Assembly: GCA_951406725.2 (NCBI GenBank)
Contig: OX597817.1
Location: 148,552,001-148,616,000 of the forward strand
DNA: 64,000 nucleotides
Source: Octopus vulgaris
Taxonomy: Eukaryota
Direction of reading: 5' to 3'
Shown here: piece after piece, positions 53,199 to 64,000 of the stretch
Layout of the letters: the number at the start of each line of letters is the position of its first letter
How positions within the stretch are numbered: position 1 is the stretch's first letter
Notes under the pieces: model-generated
What the model was told of the DNA's origin: nothing
Seen by the model: the letters and a program-made list of their open reading frames with translations, nothing else
The model's database searches: none
Made by a program: the position numbers and the translations under genes

Positions 53199-54241
53199 AA
53201 TTCACCACTGTAACATGATCGTAGTTAGCAACAAGGCAATGACAACTTTGGCTGCACACTGAAGAAAGCGTCCTCCTGAATTCATATGGCCCCATTTAAG
53301 TACCAGACATTGGCATGAGACCCGAGGTTCGAAACATTTTGTTCTGTTTAGAGACATGATATAAGCGATTCAATGTTCTGTCTAACATTCACTTCATTAT
53401 TAAACTCCAGCATACGAATGTTGAGACTGCTTCCTCAGCGAAGGGAATTATTAGTAAAACAAGTATCGTACGATGTATGGAACAACATAAATTTGGATAT
53501 TCAAGAAAGGACAAAGATTACACAGAAGTCCTCATGCAAAAACATTTATTTAATTTCATTTAGTGGAAAGCATACATCTGCGATGAAGATAACAATGATA
53601 TCAAAATAGAAATATTAAAGCTGAGAAAGTATACCACTCTAAAGTGTTCTGCACGCGAAATGCCAATAAGTTAGAACACATATGTAATATAGTGACTTGA
53701 AAAACTTCGATTGATTGATATGATCAATGCAGTAGGTCTATGAGACTTTATGTAGTAGCTTAACAATTGAAACAAACAAACAATGGATATAATTACAATA
53801 AGAACAGTTGATAAAATGTTCAGATAATATAAGCAAAGTAGATTGGTGTGATATGAGCATACAACAAACTTTCAACTATGGGTCACACAATTATTTGACG
53901 CAGCTTACTTTAAAAGCGACCTCTGTGCCCAGAAATTATCAGATCCTACACCATCGCCTTCTAGTCACTCTCGAAACACTCGTTTGTCTAGCTCCATCTG
54001 ATTTTTTTTCTGCCCCTACTGGTCCCCTCGAAATCATGAATGGATTGCAGATATGCATATGTTTCATATAATTTTTACATTGATTCATTGTACACCCAAC
54101 AGGATTTCCCCCAACTACACACATGCTTGTCGCGTGTGTTTATAAGTGTATACATACACATACATTCATATATACATACATACATACACACATACATACA
54201 TACATACATACATACATACATACGTACATAAATACATGTAC

Positions 54242-54299
<58 letters not shown>

Positions 54300-54495
54300 A
54301 AATATGTTACAAAAAGAAATTGCACATTGAAAATCCCAAAAAGTAAAGGCTTTTTTATGAAAAGTAACGATAGATATATACAATTAGATGAACGGAGGTA
54401 GGAATAAAAGTAATAAAAGTCATTATTGTGAAGTATTAAAGAGATTCAAGCATACCGGTTTCGTAAATTTACTAATCATTGCTATGCATATATAT

Positions 54496-54561
<66 letters not shown>

Positions 54562-54599
54562 ATATATATATATCTGTTATTTCACATAGTCATAAAGAT

Positions 54600-54735
54600 A
54601 CTAAACAAACAGATGTATTAGTATAACGCTCAGGAACAGAAAAAGTATTTTACGACTCGAGCCTACGCTCCTCTACAGAAAGGTACACAGAAAGAAACAA
54701 GGAGAGAAACAAGGAGAGAAAAAATGCGTGTTGTG
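54600..54735 (-). mobile_element. Solo Penelope-like terminal repeat with decayed hammerhead
   Basis: Reverse complement of 24815-24930; minus strand cttt-CTGTAGA-G-GAGC-GTAG-GCTC-GAGT-CG-TA-aaat. Confidence 0.65.
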
Positions 54736-54890
54736 GCTAACGATCTACGCAAAGCTAGAACATCGTTATGCTGCAGATATATATACCTGAACATTAGTAG
54801 AAATGAGACACATTTGGAATTAACAAAAGGCAAACTCACTTTACCTTCAAACATTCCATTTTGGATAGGATCCCTTTATGAAGTATGTGA

Positions 54891-54937
<47 letters not shown>

Positions 54938-55064
54938 GGAACATGTCCATGTTTATAGTGTAACTTCGATGTTTGCATTGAAACACAAAATCACATCGCT
55001 TTCAAATTTCATGTTTTTGCATTAGAGAACATTAGTATAACCACTAAGCCCATCACTACCTTTG

Positions 55065-55130
<66 letters not shown>

Positions 55131-55466
55131 GCTGTCTATCTATCTATATATCTATCTATCTATCTATCTATCTACCTATCAGCTTATCTACCTACTTATA
55201 TTTCTATCTGTCTATCTCTATTGTCATGGAACCTCACTCAAAACAAAAAACAGAATGTTTTCTTCTTCTTCTAAATAAAACTCCCAGAAAACATCTGTTT
55301 TATATAAATGAACCAGCTGTTTGTACATTCACAAAATTTTATTTGACAAGTTCGAGAAACGGACGAAAGCGCTAGTAATATTGAAGAAATAAAACAATTT
55401 TTTAAATCAAAATTCTGATAGATTTTTTCTCAATATATGTATGCGTGTGCATGCGTGTCTGTATGC

Positions 55467-55530
<64 letters not shown>

Positions 55531-56591
55531 TTGAGCAGAAATGTTGAGAGTTTGTGCCAGGGATAAAGAGGGATATGCTGAGAGACATAGACGAATCAAA
55601 TATACTGAAAGACACAAATGAAAGTCTATACCGTAATTCTACAGCGTGATACTTTGTCCAACATAGCCAACATCACATCATCTTTAAAGTTCAATGAATT
55701 ATTAATCAATATCCCGTTAATCTCAGCAGGAGAGATAAGTTATCTGTGTTAAGGCATAAACTAACTACGAGCTGTCTTCAAATACTTCGCCACTTAATAA
55801 GTTTTCAATGTGTATAACACAATTGAAATCTTCGAGATAGCATCAGGCCAATCTCGCATAATATATTGATTTGTTGGTACGCACTCAAGCATCCACTGTA
55901 CAAAGGATAAGTTCACGAGTCTCGCCCATTCTACAAGAAGCTATAAAGGTAGCGGTCTTGATTGAAAGTATGCTGTGGCTGAATATTTCATTTCAGCATT
56001 CGGGGCTTTCGCACGGTCCTAATTAAGATATATGGAGTGAAACAGTTTGCACAAAGATAGTTTAATAGGAAATAAAATATTACATAAATATTTAATCAGC
56101 TTTGATTCAATTTTATATCTTCAAGCAATAAAGAAACGGATATTGAAATTGTCAAGAAATTCCACTATACCGTTCAACTTAATATCTCTCTTTGTTATAA
56201 GGTGTGTTTAGGCTCTCCTAAAGATCAATATCAAATATCAACAATGTAAAGAGTTTTCAATAGAAAGAAATTTAAAATATTGCTGTTATAATAAATGTAC
56301 ATTGTAGTCTTTTATATAAAATAATTTCCCTGTTTTATTGTGTGAGTCGTAACGAATTCACGGTGCTGGCAAGGGGTTTCAGCAAGACATTTAATGGAAA
56401 TAATTTTATGGGCAATACATAAGGTATTTCGTATTTGAAATAACAACTGAGGACCCAACAAAACATATAGAGAAACTCCATGAAAACAGATTCTACTCCG
56501 TCACCCGAATTGTTTAAAGTATCGACAGATATTCTCTCCAATCAGAAAATATATATGCTTCATGCACACATATGCGTGCGCACACATGATC

Positions 56592-56822
56592 TATTTCTTC
56601 ATTGCCCATAGGGGGCTAAACATAGAGGGGAAAAACGAGGACAAACAAAGGGATTAAGTCGATTATATCGACCCCAATGCGTAAGTGCTACTTATTTAAT
56701 CGACCCCGAAAGGACGAAAGGCAAAGTCGACCTCGGCGGAATTTGAACTCAGAACGTAGCGGCAGACGAAATATTGCTAAGCATTTCCTCCGGCGTGCTA
56801 ACCATTCTGCCAGCTCGCCGCC
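56592..56822 (-). mobile_element. SINE family B monomer
   Basis: Reverse complement of 6454-6684. Confidence 0.9.
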
Positions 56823-56854
56823 CTGTGCACACACATAATCGTGCATCCACTCCT

Positions 56855-56895
<41 letters not shown>

Positions 56896-56931
56896 GCGCG
56901 CATGTGTACATGATAGTGTGTGCGCGCTCAT

Positions 56932-57184
56932 GTAAAGACATGTAGCCTAGCGGTTAAACTGTTGCACTCGCGATTGCTAGATCGTGAGTTCGATTACCTA
57001 ACTGGGCGGCTCGTTGTGTTCTTGAGCAAAACATTTCACATTGCTCCCTTCGATCAGGGAGGAATGTTCGCTTTCTCGCCTAGCCAGCGGGGTGGCATTA
57101 TTTGAACGCTAAAACAAGGCAAAACGCGTTGCGCCCAGCGAAGTTTAACCACATTTAATAGCCTGGTTGATGACGTGATCATGT

Positions 57185-57185
<1 letters not shown>
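56932..57185 (+). mobile_element. Degenerate SINE, family D-like head with another tail
   Basis: gcctagcggttaaa..gatcgtgagttcgattacc..gttgtgttcttgagcaaaacatttca. Confidence 0.6.
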
Positions 57186-57219
<34 letters not shown>

Positions 57220-58079
57220 CACACACACACAACACACACACACACACATAAATACATATATATAAATAAGCATTCTACACGATCCCATAGTTATGGACGA
57301 TTATTTAATACATACAATATACGGGTCCCATTCTGCGGTGTAGGAAAGATTTTCATGAATGCCCTTAATGCCCCGAGAGCAGAGGCAGGATGCTCATTTA
57401 AAATGAACAATCATTGCCTAGTAGGCGATCAATGCAACTCAGAAACCATGGTCATATATATATATACGTGTGTGCTGCATGATTCCTAATGTGAAACCGT
57501 TTGTTGAAACAAATATTGGATAAACTCTGCGATAACATGAAGGATGCAGTCTTCCTGCAGGAGGAGAAACCTCAACTAGGGCAAATCAAAAAGTCCAACA
57601 GATCCAGGTTTACGTCGGTCACCAAAGCCTCGAGCTCTTACTCAAATGGTTTTCTCTGATATACAGGCGTGCGCTTAGAGTATGTGCATTCGCCCTAAAC
57701 ATTTTAGCCGTAGGCACCATCCCTTCACAAATTCTGTGGTAGGTGGTATTCTCCTCTCACTTTCCTTTCTAAGTAGATCTTTAAAGCGTCTATGTTGGCT
57801 TGACCGCAGAGGAAAGTATCTCATCTCGATTTTTCAACTTCGGTCACCTCGCGACCTCTTTCACCATATCAACTGGTATCAGGACAATCAAGCCCCTAGG
57901 ACAAATGCTCCCGACGATAACTACCCCCTAGGGCAATCACCCCCACCCCCATCGTTAATTACTCCCTTTCTAATATATTAAGAAGTTTTAAATCATTATC
58001 TGTTGACTTAATGATAATTGTATTTGAGTGGGGTTATCTTCCATGGGTTGTAAATGACCCAGACCCTACCAATTAGCCA

Positions 58080-58420
58080 GAAGAACACAGACTTCTCTGC
58101 CATGTTAAAGGTGGATGTCGGGGCAACACTCAGGGTGGACTTGGCAGGTAGTCAGATTTATCACATACGCAATGACTTTTTGATTTAGGTACACAGGTCA
58201 GCAATACTTAGACACTGCCCAGCTGTGTGCTGTTCGGGTTTCTTCGCTCGGCTCGGACCTGGGAAGTCCTTTCTGGAGGCGTTCCCAGCTATGTTTAGTT
58301 TATTGTGAACAAGCAGTGCTTCTTGATAACCCTGTCAGGCCAGAGATTGCAGGAATTTATCCGTGGTGGTACTGGATTGTCCAGCTGTGAGAACAGCGGC
58401 GCCTAGCAAGAGTACAAGTA
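58080..58420 (-). pseudogene. Possible L1/Tx1-clade LINE ORF2 C-terminal fragment
   Basis: GC-richer block; minus strand gives QSLA*QGYQEALLVHNKL..QC..IADL, reminiscent of the zf-RVT region; heavily decayed. Confidence 0.35.
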
Positions 58421-58440
58421 AAAACGGCATTGATTAAAGC

Positions 58441-58781
58441 GATGAGGATGAGGATGATGATGATGATGTGATGATAATGAGACGATGAGGATGATGATGA
58501 CGGTTGGGGCGACAGCGACAAGAACCACGATGACGACGACGAAGATGATGATGATGGCGATGATGATGATGATGATGATGACGATGATGATGATGATGAT
58601 GATTATGATGATGATGATGAAGACGATGATGATGATGACGATGATTTCGATGATGACTATGATGATGACGGTGATGATGACGATGATTATAATGATGATG
58701 ATGATGATGATGACGACGACGATAATGATGATGATGACGATGATGATGACGACGATGATGATGATGATGATGATGATGACG

Positions 58782-58813
<32 letters not shown>

Positions 58814-58831
58814 GATGATGATGACGACGAC

Positions 58832-58868
<37 letters not shown>
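58441..58868. repeat. (GAT)n microsatellite, degenerate
   Basis: Direct reading. Confidence 0.95.
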
Positions 58869-58870
<2 letters not shown>

Positions 58871-59914
58871 AACAGCCTTTGAAAACCAAAATTTCATTTT
58901 TCGGTAAATTTTCATTTCAATTTTCTATTTTGTTTTTTTTTTCTTTTTCTTTTTTTCTTTTTTCTATTTGTTTTCATATCGGAAAAAAAAAATTTTAATT
59001 AAAAAATTACGATAAATTTTGCTATTTGTCTTATATAATTTTTCCATTTTTCGCTTTCATTCTTTCTTCATTTCAAAAAACTTATATTATTCATAAACAA
59101 TATTCTATATGTTTGTTCCAGATTTATTCTGGTGTGGTTTGAATGAGATTAGTTCTGTTTTTTTTTTCTTTTTAATATTGGTTTTCTATTTATTATATTT
59201 ACACAATTTTTATATTGCTGTGTTTACCATATAGATATTTGTAAATGCGTATTTTCCTGTGGTTTCTGATTAAATGTTTAGCTTCTATGCAGGTGTAATA
59301 TATGTGCGATATTTCCGTGTTATGTATATGTGCGTCACATATAAATGTACGTCTGTAGAAAACAGTCACTGTTTGTGGCTATGCGTGTATATTCGTATCT
59401 ATTTGAATGTGTTTTAACATAGGTGAACAACAAAGCGTAAAGACGGCTGGGTTTTGGCGCCTTCAGTCTCTCTCTGCTGTACATCTCTGTGTTATCAAAC
59501 CTAAAACATTAATTGAATGCGTTTACAATGTGCATTATCTGCTCTGTGATTATTCCGATGTAAAGAGCACACCCTACTCCACCCCACCCCCACCTCACCC
59601 CTCGCTCCTACTTTTATTCACCATGATTGTGGATGACAGGCCAATCACATAGAGTACGGCGAAATTTATAAACGCTCAAATAATACAGGCTACATACACA
59701 CATACACGCTCCTTTAGATATGTATACCTACCGATACACACTCACATAAATAGAAAGACACACACACACACACAGATATATGCTACATGCATGCGTGCTT
59801 ACATATATGTTTATGTGAGCGTGTGTGTGTGTGTGTGTATATATGAATGTATATGTACATTTAGATAATACATACATGCATATATGTACGGTTACACAAA
59901 CACATACACCTATG

Positions 59915-59957
<43 letters not shown>

Positions 59958-59985
59958 GTGTGTTTGAGTGTGTGGGTGCGCACAC

Positions 59986-60030
<45 letters not shown>

Positions 60031-60034
60031 GAAA

Positions 60035-60071
<37 letters not shown>

Positions 60072-60223
60072 ATATATTATATAAATGTATATATTCATAA
60101 ATATATGCGCGTATATGTACATTTATGCATGTGTACGAGTGTATGTATATTTTATATATGTAGATATATACCCACACGTATTTGTCTACACAAACAAAGA
60201 CAGACACACACACATATATATAC

Positions 60224-60274
<51 letters not shown>

Positions 60275-60276
60275 TA

Positions 60277-60338
<62 letters not shown>

Positions 60339-60734
60339 CACGCTCACACATATATTTCTGTGCGTGTCTGTATGGAGAAAGCGAAAAAGCGTTTAGAGGC
60401 CTAGGTGGGATTGCCATAGTCTAATGATCTATCTAATGTATTATTTGTATATCGTTGTTTTTTGCATCTTCTTTGCTAAATACGGCACCTGTGACTGTTC
60501 TAAGTCAGTAAGTATGGGCGTTGTTCTTTGTTTTCTTTATCATGTCTCCAATGTGAGTTTTAAACGCGTTGGGGTGGGGTCGTAACTAATATATGAGTGT
60601 GTGTTTAAGCTTGCGATTTTCTTACGTGTGTGCTTTGTAACAGAAATAAGCGGCGATTGTTTTATATTATAGTGGTTGCACCAGTAGAATTTCAATGTGA
60701 TATTTGCAGTTAAAGTGAGAGAATGTTTATGATT

Positions 60735-60950
60735 TATCTTTTACTTGGTGCAGTCACGAGTCTGTTGCCAAGGTGGAACACTGCCTTCAATTGTTTAGTC
60801 AAATAAATCGCCCTCTGTAAGTATGTTTCAAAAAATTATGTCGCTCTTTCTATTTGCTTCTTTTGCAGAAGCTCCAGATTAAATAGACATAAACAAATCA
60901 ACACCGGTTATCAAGCAGTGATTGTGATTGACAAACACAAGAACACAGAC
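60735..60950 (-). mobile_element. SINE family C, degenerate 3' half
   Basis: cttttacttg..cagtca..ggaacactgcctt..aaatcg..acaccggttatcaagc. Confidence 0.6.
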
Positions 60951-60994
60951 ATATATATTCATATATATACATGTATCTATGTATCTACTATCTA

Positions 60995-61036
<42 letters not shown>

Positions 61037-61047
61037 CTCTATCTATC

Positions 61048-61095
<48 letters not shown>

Positions 61096-61096
<1 letters not shown>

Positions 61097-61486
61097 TAGC
61101 AGTATCACCCGGTGTTGCTTGGGTTTGTTTCGACACTTTAGAATTGGAATTTTTGAAAAGTAAAACTTTTGCATTATGCAACTTGTTATTCTCTTGAAGT
61201 GAACATTTTTCCAGTTGAAATACACCGAAAAATGGTGAGACTGCAGTCAAAAATCGTAAAAAAATAGAGATTTTCATAGAAAAAAAAGCACCTTTTTGAT
61301 GTAAAAAAGTTTTGGTGTTACCATGGTCCGATTTGAATTTTATCTCCTACAGAATGAAGAGCAAGCCTTCTTCTATCATACTCCCAAATTTGGTCAACTT
61401 GCGCCGCAGGGTCTTGAAGAAGATACTGTTAGTTGAAGGCTACCAAACCTGCCACACACAGACAACTTCAGCTTTATATATATAGA
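61096..61486 (-). mobile_element. Non-autonomous Helitron
   Basis: Minus strand A|TC...CTAG|T, subterminal hairpin CCCAAGCAACACCGGG; termini match 8201-8588, interior differs. Confidence 0.8.
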
Positions 61487-61656
61487 TTATTATAGAAGAG
61501 TTATTATAGAAGACATTTTCTTACATTGCGTGCGCAATGGGGCTGAGCCACGAACCACCTGTTGCAGGGCGAGTTTCTTAAGCATACACCCATGCCTTTT
61601 CGGTATTTCACCGAATTGTCCTACTCTGAAAGCATTGCTCAATTGGTAATACGAAC

Positions 61657-61955
61657 TGGCACTTCGTGGGTTACGACAGCGAGGGTTATAGGTGCGTCGA
61701 TCAACGGAACAGCGAGCTCATGCAATAAACGTGCTAGTGGCTGAGCACTCCACAGATAGGTGTTCCCAGCGTGACATAGAATGTGACAAGACTGGCCGTT
61801 TGACATAGAGGTACAACACATTTTTGCCGGCAAAATGGAATGGAGCTACGTGAAATAAAATTCCTGCTCAGGGACACAACCCGGTGCCGGAATAGAACTC
61901 AAGACCATACTCTCGTCTGCTGAATATCCTAACCTTGTAACCACGTACCTTCACA
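61657..61955 (-). mobile_element. Degenerate SINE, D-like head with tail T1
   Basis: gatcaacggaacagc..gtggctgagcactccacaga (T1) joined to acgtgaaataaa..tgctcagggacacaac..ggaatagaactc (D head, rc). Confidence 0.7.
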
Positions 61956-62118
61956 CTGGTACTACAAATATATAATATATCAATCTTTACTTGCCTTATC
62001 TCCCTTTAGGAAAACTGTACCTGTATAACTTTAGAATGATCGTGTGTTGTATTTTTAGTCTAGTAAAACAATTTAAAAGTTTGATAACTAATCATAACAT
62101 CGAGAATTGGAAAGCTGA

Positions 62119-62167
<49 letters not shown>

Positions 62168-62657
62168 CACAAATGCCCACCGTTGGCTCTTCGTTTTCCA
62201 TAATTTATCCTTTTGTTTCTGCATTACAATGCTTCAAGTAAACTACAACGCTCTTCTAGAATAGAGCTAAACATGGCTAAATTTACCGTCCAGACTTTTG
62301 TCGTCGCTCTTGTTGTTAATATCGTTGATGTTGTTGACTTCTTCCAATCAGGACTCACGGCATTAGCCACAAAGAAAAATCTTGAAATTTTGTCTATGTA
62401 AATGCAGCTGATGAAGACTAATCAAATTTACGTTGTCAAACGTATTTGAAGAGTTAGAAACCGGTCCTGTATTATCCGATTCTAGGTTGTCCAATTATCG
62501 AATGTTCTTCCTAGAGGAAAGACAAATTTGTTTCATGTTTATTGCACACACACGTCTTTGCTTGGATATACGCAGTGAAGCTATACAATAGCGTCGTATT
62601 TATACCGATTGTTGTTTTCCAGTAAATATTGGTTTCTTGTACCATTTATCTACTTTG

Positions 62658-62692
<35 letters not shown>

Positions 62693-63004
62693 AGAGAGAG
62701 AGAGAGAGAGAAGAGGAAAAGGGAGAGAGCGAGCGAGAAAGTGAGAGGGGGAGGGAAATAAATTTTGTTATATCTTTGAATGAGACTACGTTCTGTTTTG
62801 GATTTGTTTTTATCTGGAATATGTCCAAACAGAGAAAATATCGCCCAGAGTTATCATTCTGTTGTGTCTCATAGATAACTGTGTTTCATTTATCAATAAC
62901 AAAGTAATTACTTAATAATCTTCTGTAATTCATATTATTTATATTTATAGATTAAAATATATTTTTAAAATGTTGTCTTTTTTCGATGTATTTCTCTTTA
63001 CAAA

Positions 63005-63412
63005 GGCAGCGCGCTAAGCGGCATTTCGTTCCTCTGTGCGTTCTGAGTTCAAACTCTGTCGAGTTTGACTGTACGTTTTATCCTTTTGGGGGTCGATAAA
63101 ATGAATACTAGCTGAGTACTGTGATCGATGTAACCGTATTATCCCTCCAATTAAATTTCGGCCCTTGAGTCAAAATCTAAAACAAATACATTTCTTTTAA
63201 GGCGACGAGCTGGCAGAATCGTTAGCACGCCAGGCGAAATGCTTAGCTGCACTTCGTCCGTCTTTAGGTTCTGAGTTCAAATTCCGCATGGGTCGACTTT
63301 GCCTTTCATTCTTTCGGGGTCAAAAAAATAAGTACCAGTTGAAAACTGGGGACGTTGCAATCGACTATTTCCCTTCTCCTAAAATTTTAAACCTTGTGCG
63401 TAATTTAGAAAG
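63005..63412 (+). mobile_element. Two tandem SINE family B copies
   Basis: Degenerate copy at 63005-63185; better-preserved copy from 63201 (ggcgacgagctggcagaatcgttagcacgcc). Confidence 0.8.
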
Positions 63413-63691
63413 GAGTTATCAAAACTACCACAATATTGTCTTAAAAACGAATAAATAAACCAGTTGTCAAAGTCTTTCGTCACCATTTGTAACCTCATCA
63501 AATATAAACCCTCTATATAACAGAACAGTCCAACTAAGGGTCAAATGTTTTCCAGATTGTCACGAAAAATAATGGGACGATGACACAGCTCCAGTTTGGT
63601 CAGAACAATGTAGAATTCGTCATGTAGAATTATTTTTCCTCTGTTTCACTAGTCAGAGACTTCAAACGAAACTGTCTGTCTGACTGTCTAT

Positions 63692-63896
63692 TTGTTTCTT
63701 TATTACCCACAAGTGGCTAAACATAGAGGGGACAAACAAGGACAGACACACGGATTAGGTGCGTAACTGGTACTTATTTAATCGACCCCGAAAGGATGAA
63801 AGGCAAAGTCGACTTCGACGGAATTTGAACTCAGAAGGTAACGCAGACGAAATAGCGCTAAGCATTTCGCCCGGTGTGCTAACGTTTCTGCCAGCT
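63692..63896 (-). mobile_element. SINE family B monomer with internal deletion
   Basis: Reverse complement of the family consensus, lacking the cgattacatcgaccccca segment. Confidence 0.88.
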
Positions 63897-64000
63897 CTAT
63901 CTTCTATCTATTTATCTATGCAAATATATCCATAAATGTGTTTGTGTGTTTTTGAGATTATGCGTGTGACGGGAATATGTGTGCACGCGCGAACTCATAT

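Overview
AT-rich, repeat-saturated eukaryotic (animal) non-coding DNA. The microsatellite load ((TA)n, (TATC)n, (CATA)n, (TAA)n, (GAT)n) and the SINE repertoire look like a cephalopod (Octopus-like) genome; this is an inference and was not checked. No intact host protein-coding gene is recognisable, and almost all ORFs in the track are microsatellite artefacts. Identifiable content: (i) at least four tRNA-derived SINE families (called A-D here) with shuffled heads and tails; (ii) decayed LINEs (a 2.5-kb CR1-clade copy, a second CR1 3' end, three R4/Dong-like RLE fragments, one possible L1/Tx1 fragment); (iii) a full-length but dead Tc1/mariner with TIRs and TA TSD; (iv) two non-autonomous Helitrons; (v) three minisatellite arrays; (vi) a Penelope-like GIY-YIG 3' fragment. 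The most notable signal is roughly 15 type I hammerhead-ribozyme (HHR) motifs from several unrelated short element families, mostly inserted in (TA)n tracts and often in inverted or palindromic arrangements. One is a fully intact hammerhead inside a highly self-complementary 493-bp unit with a perfect 97-bp terminal redundancy (14951-15540), a retrozyme/circular-RNA-like element. Another is a 158-bp palindrome carrying one hammerhead on each strand (29396-29553). All pairings and alignments were done by eye; boundaries are approximate unless stated.
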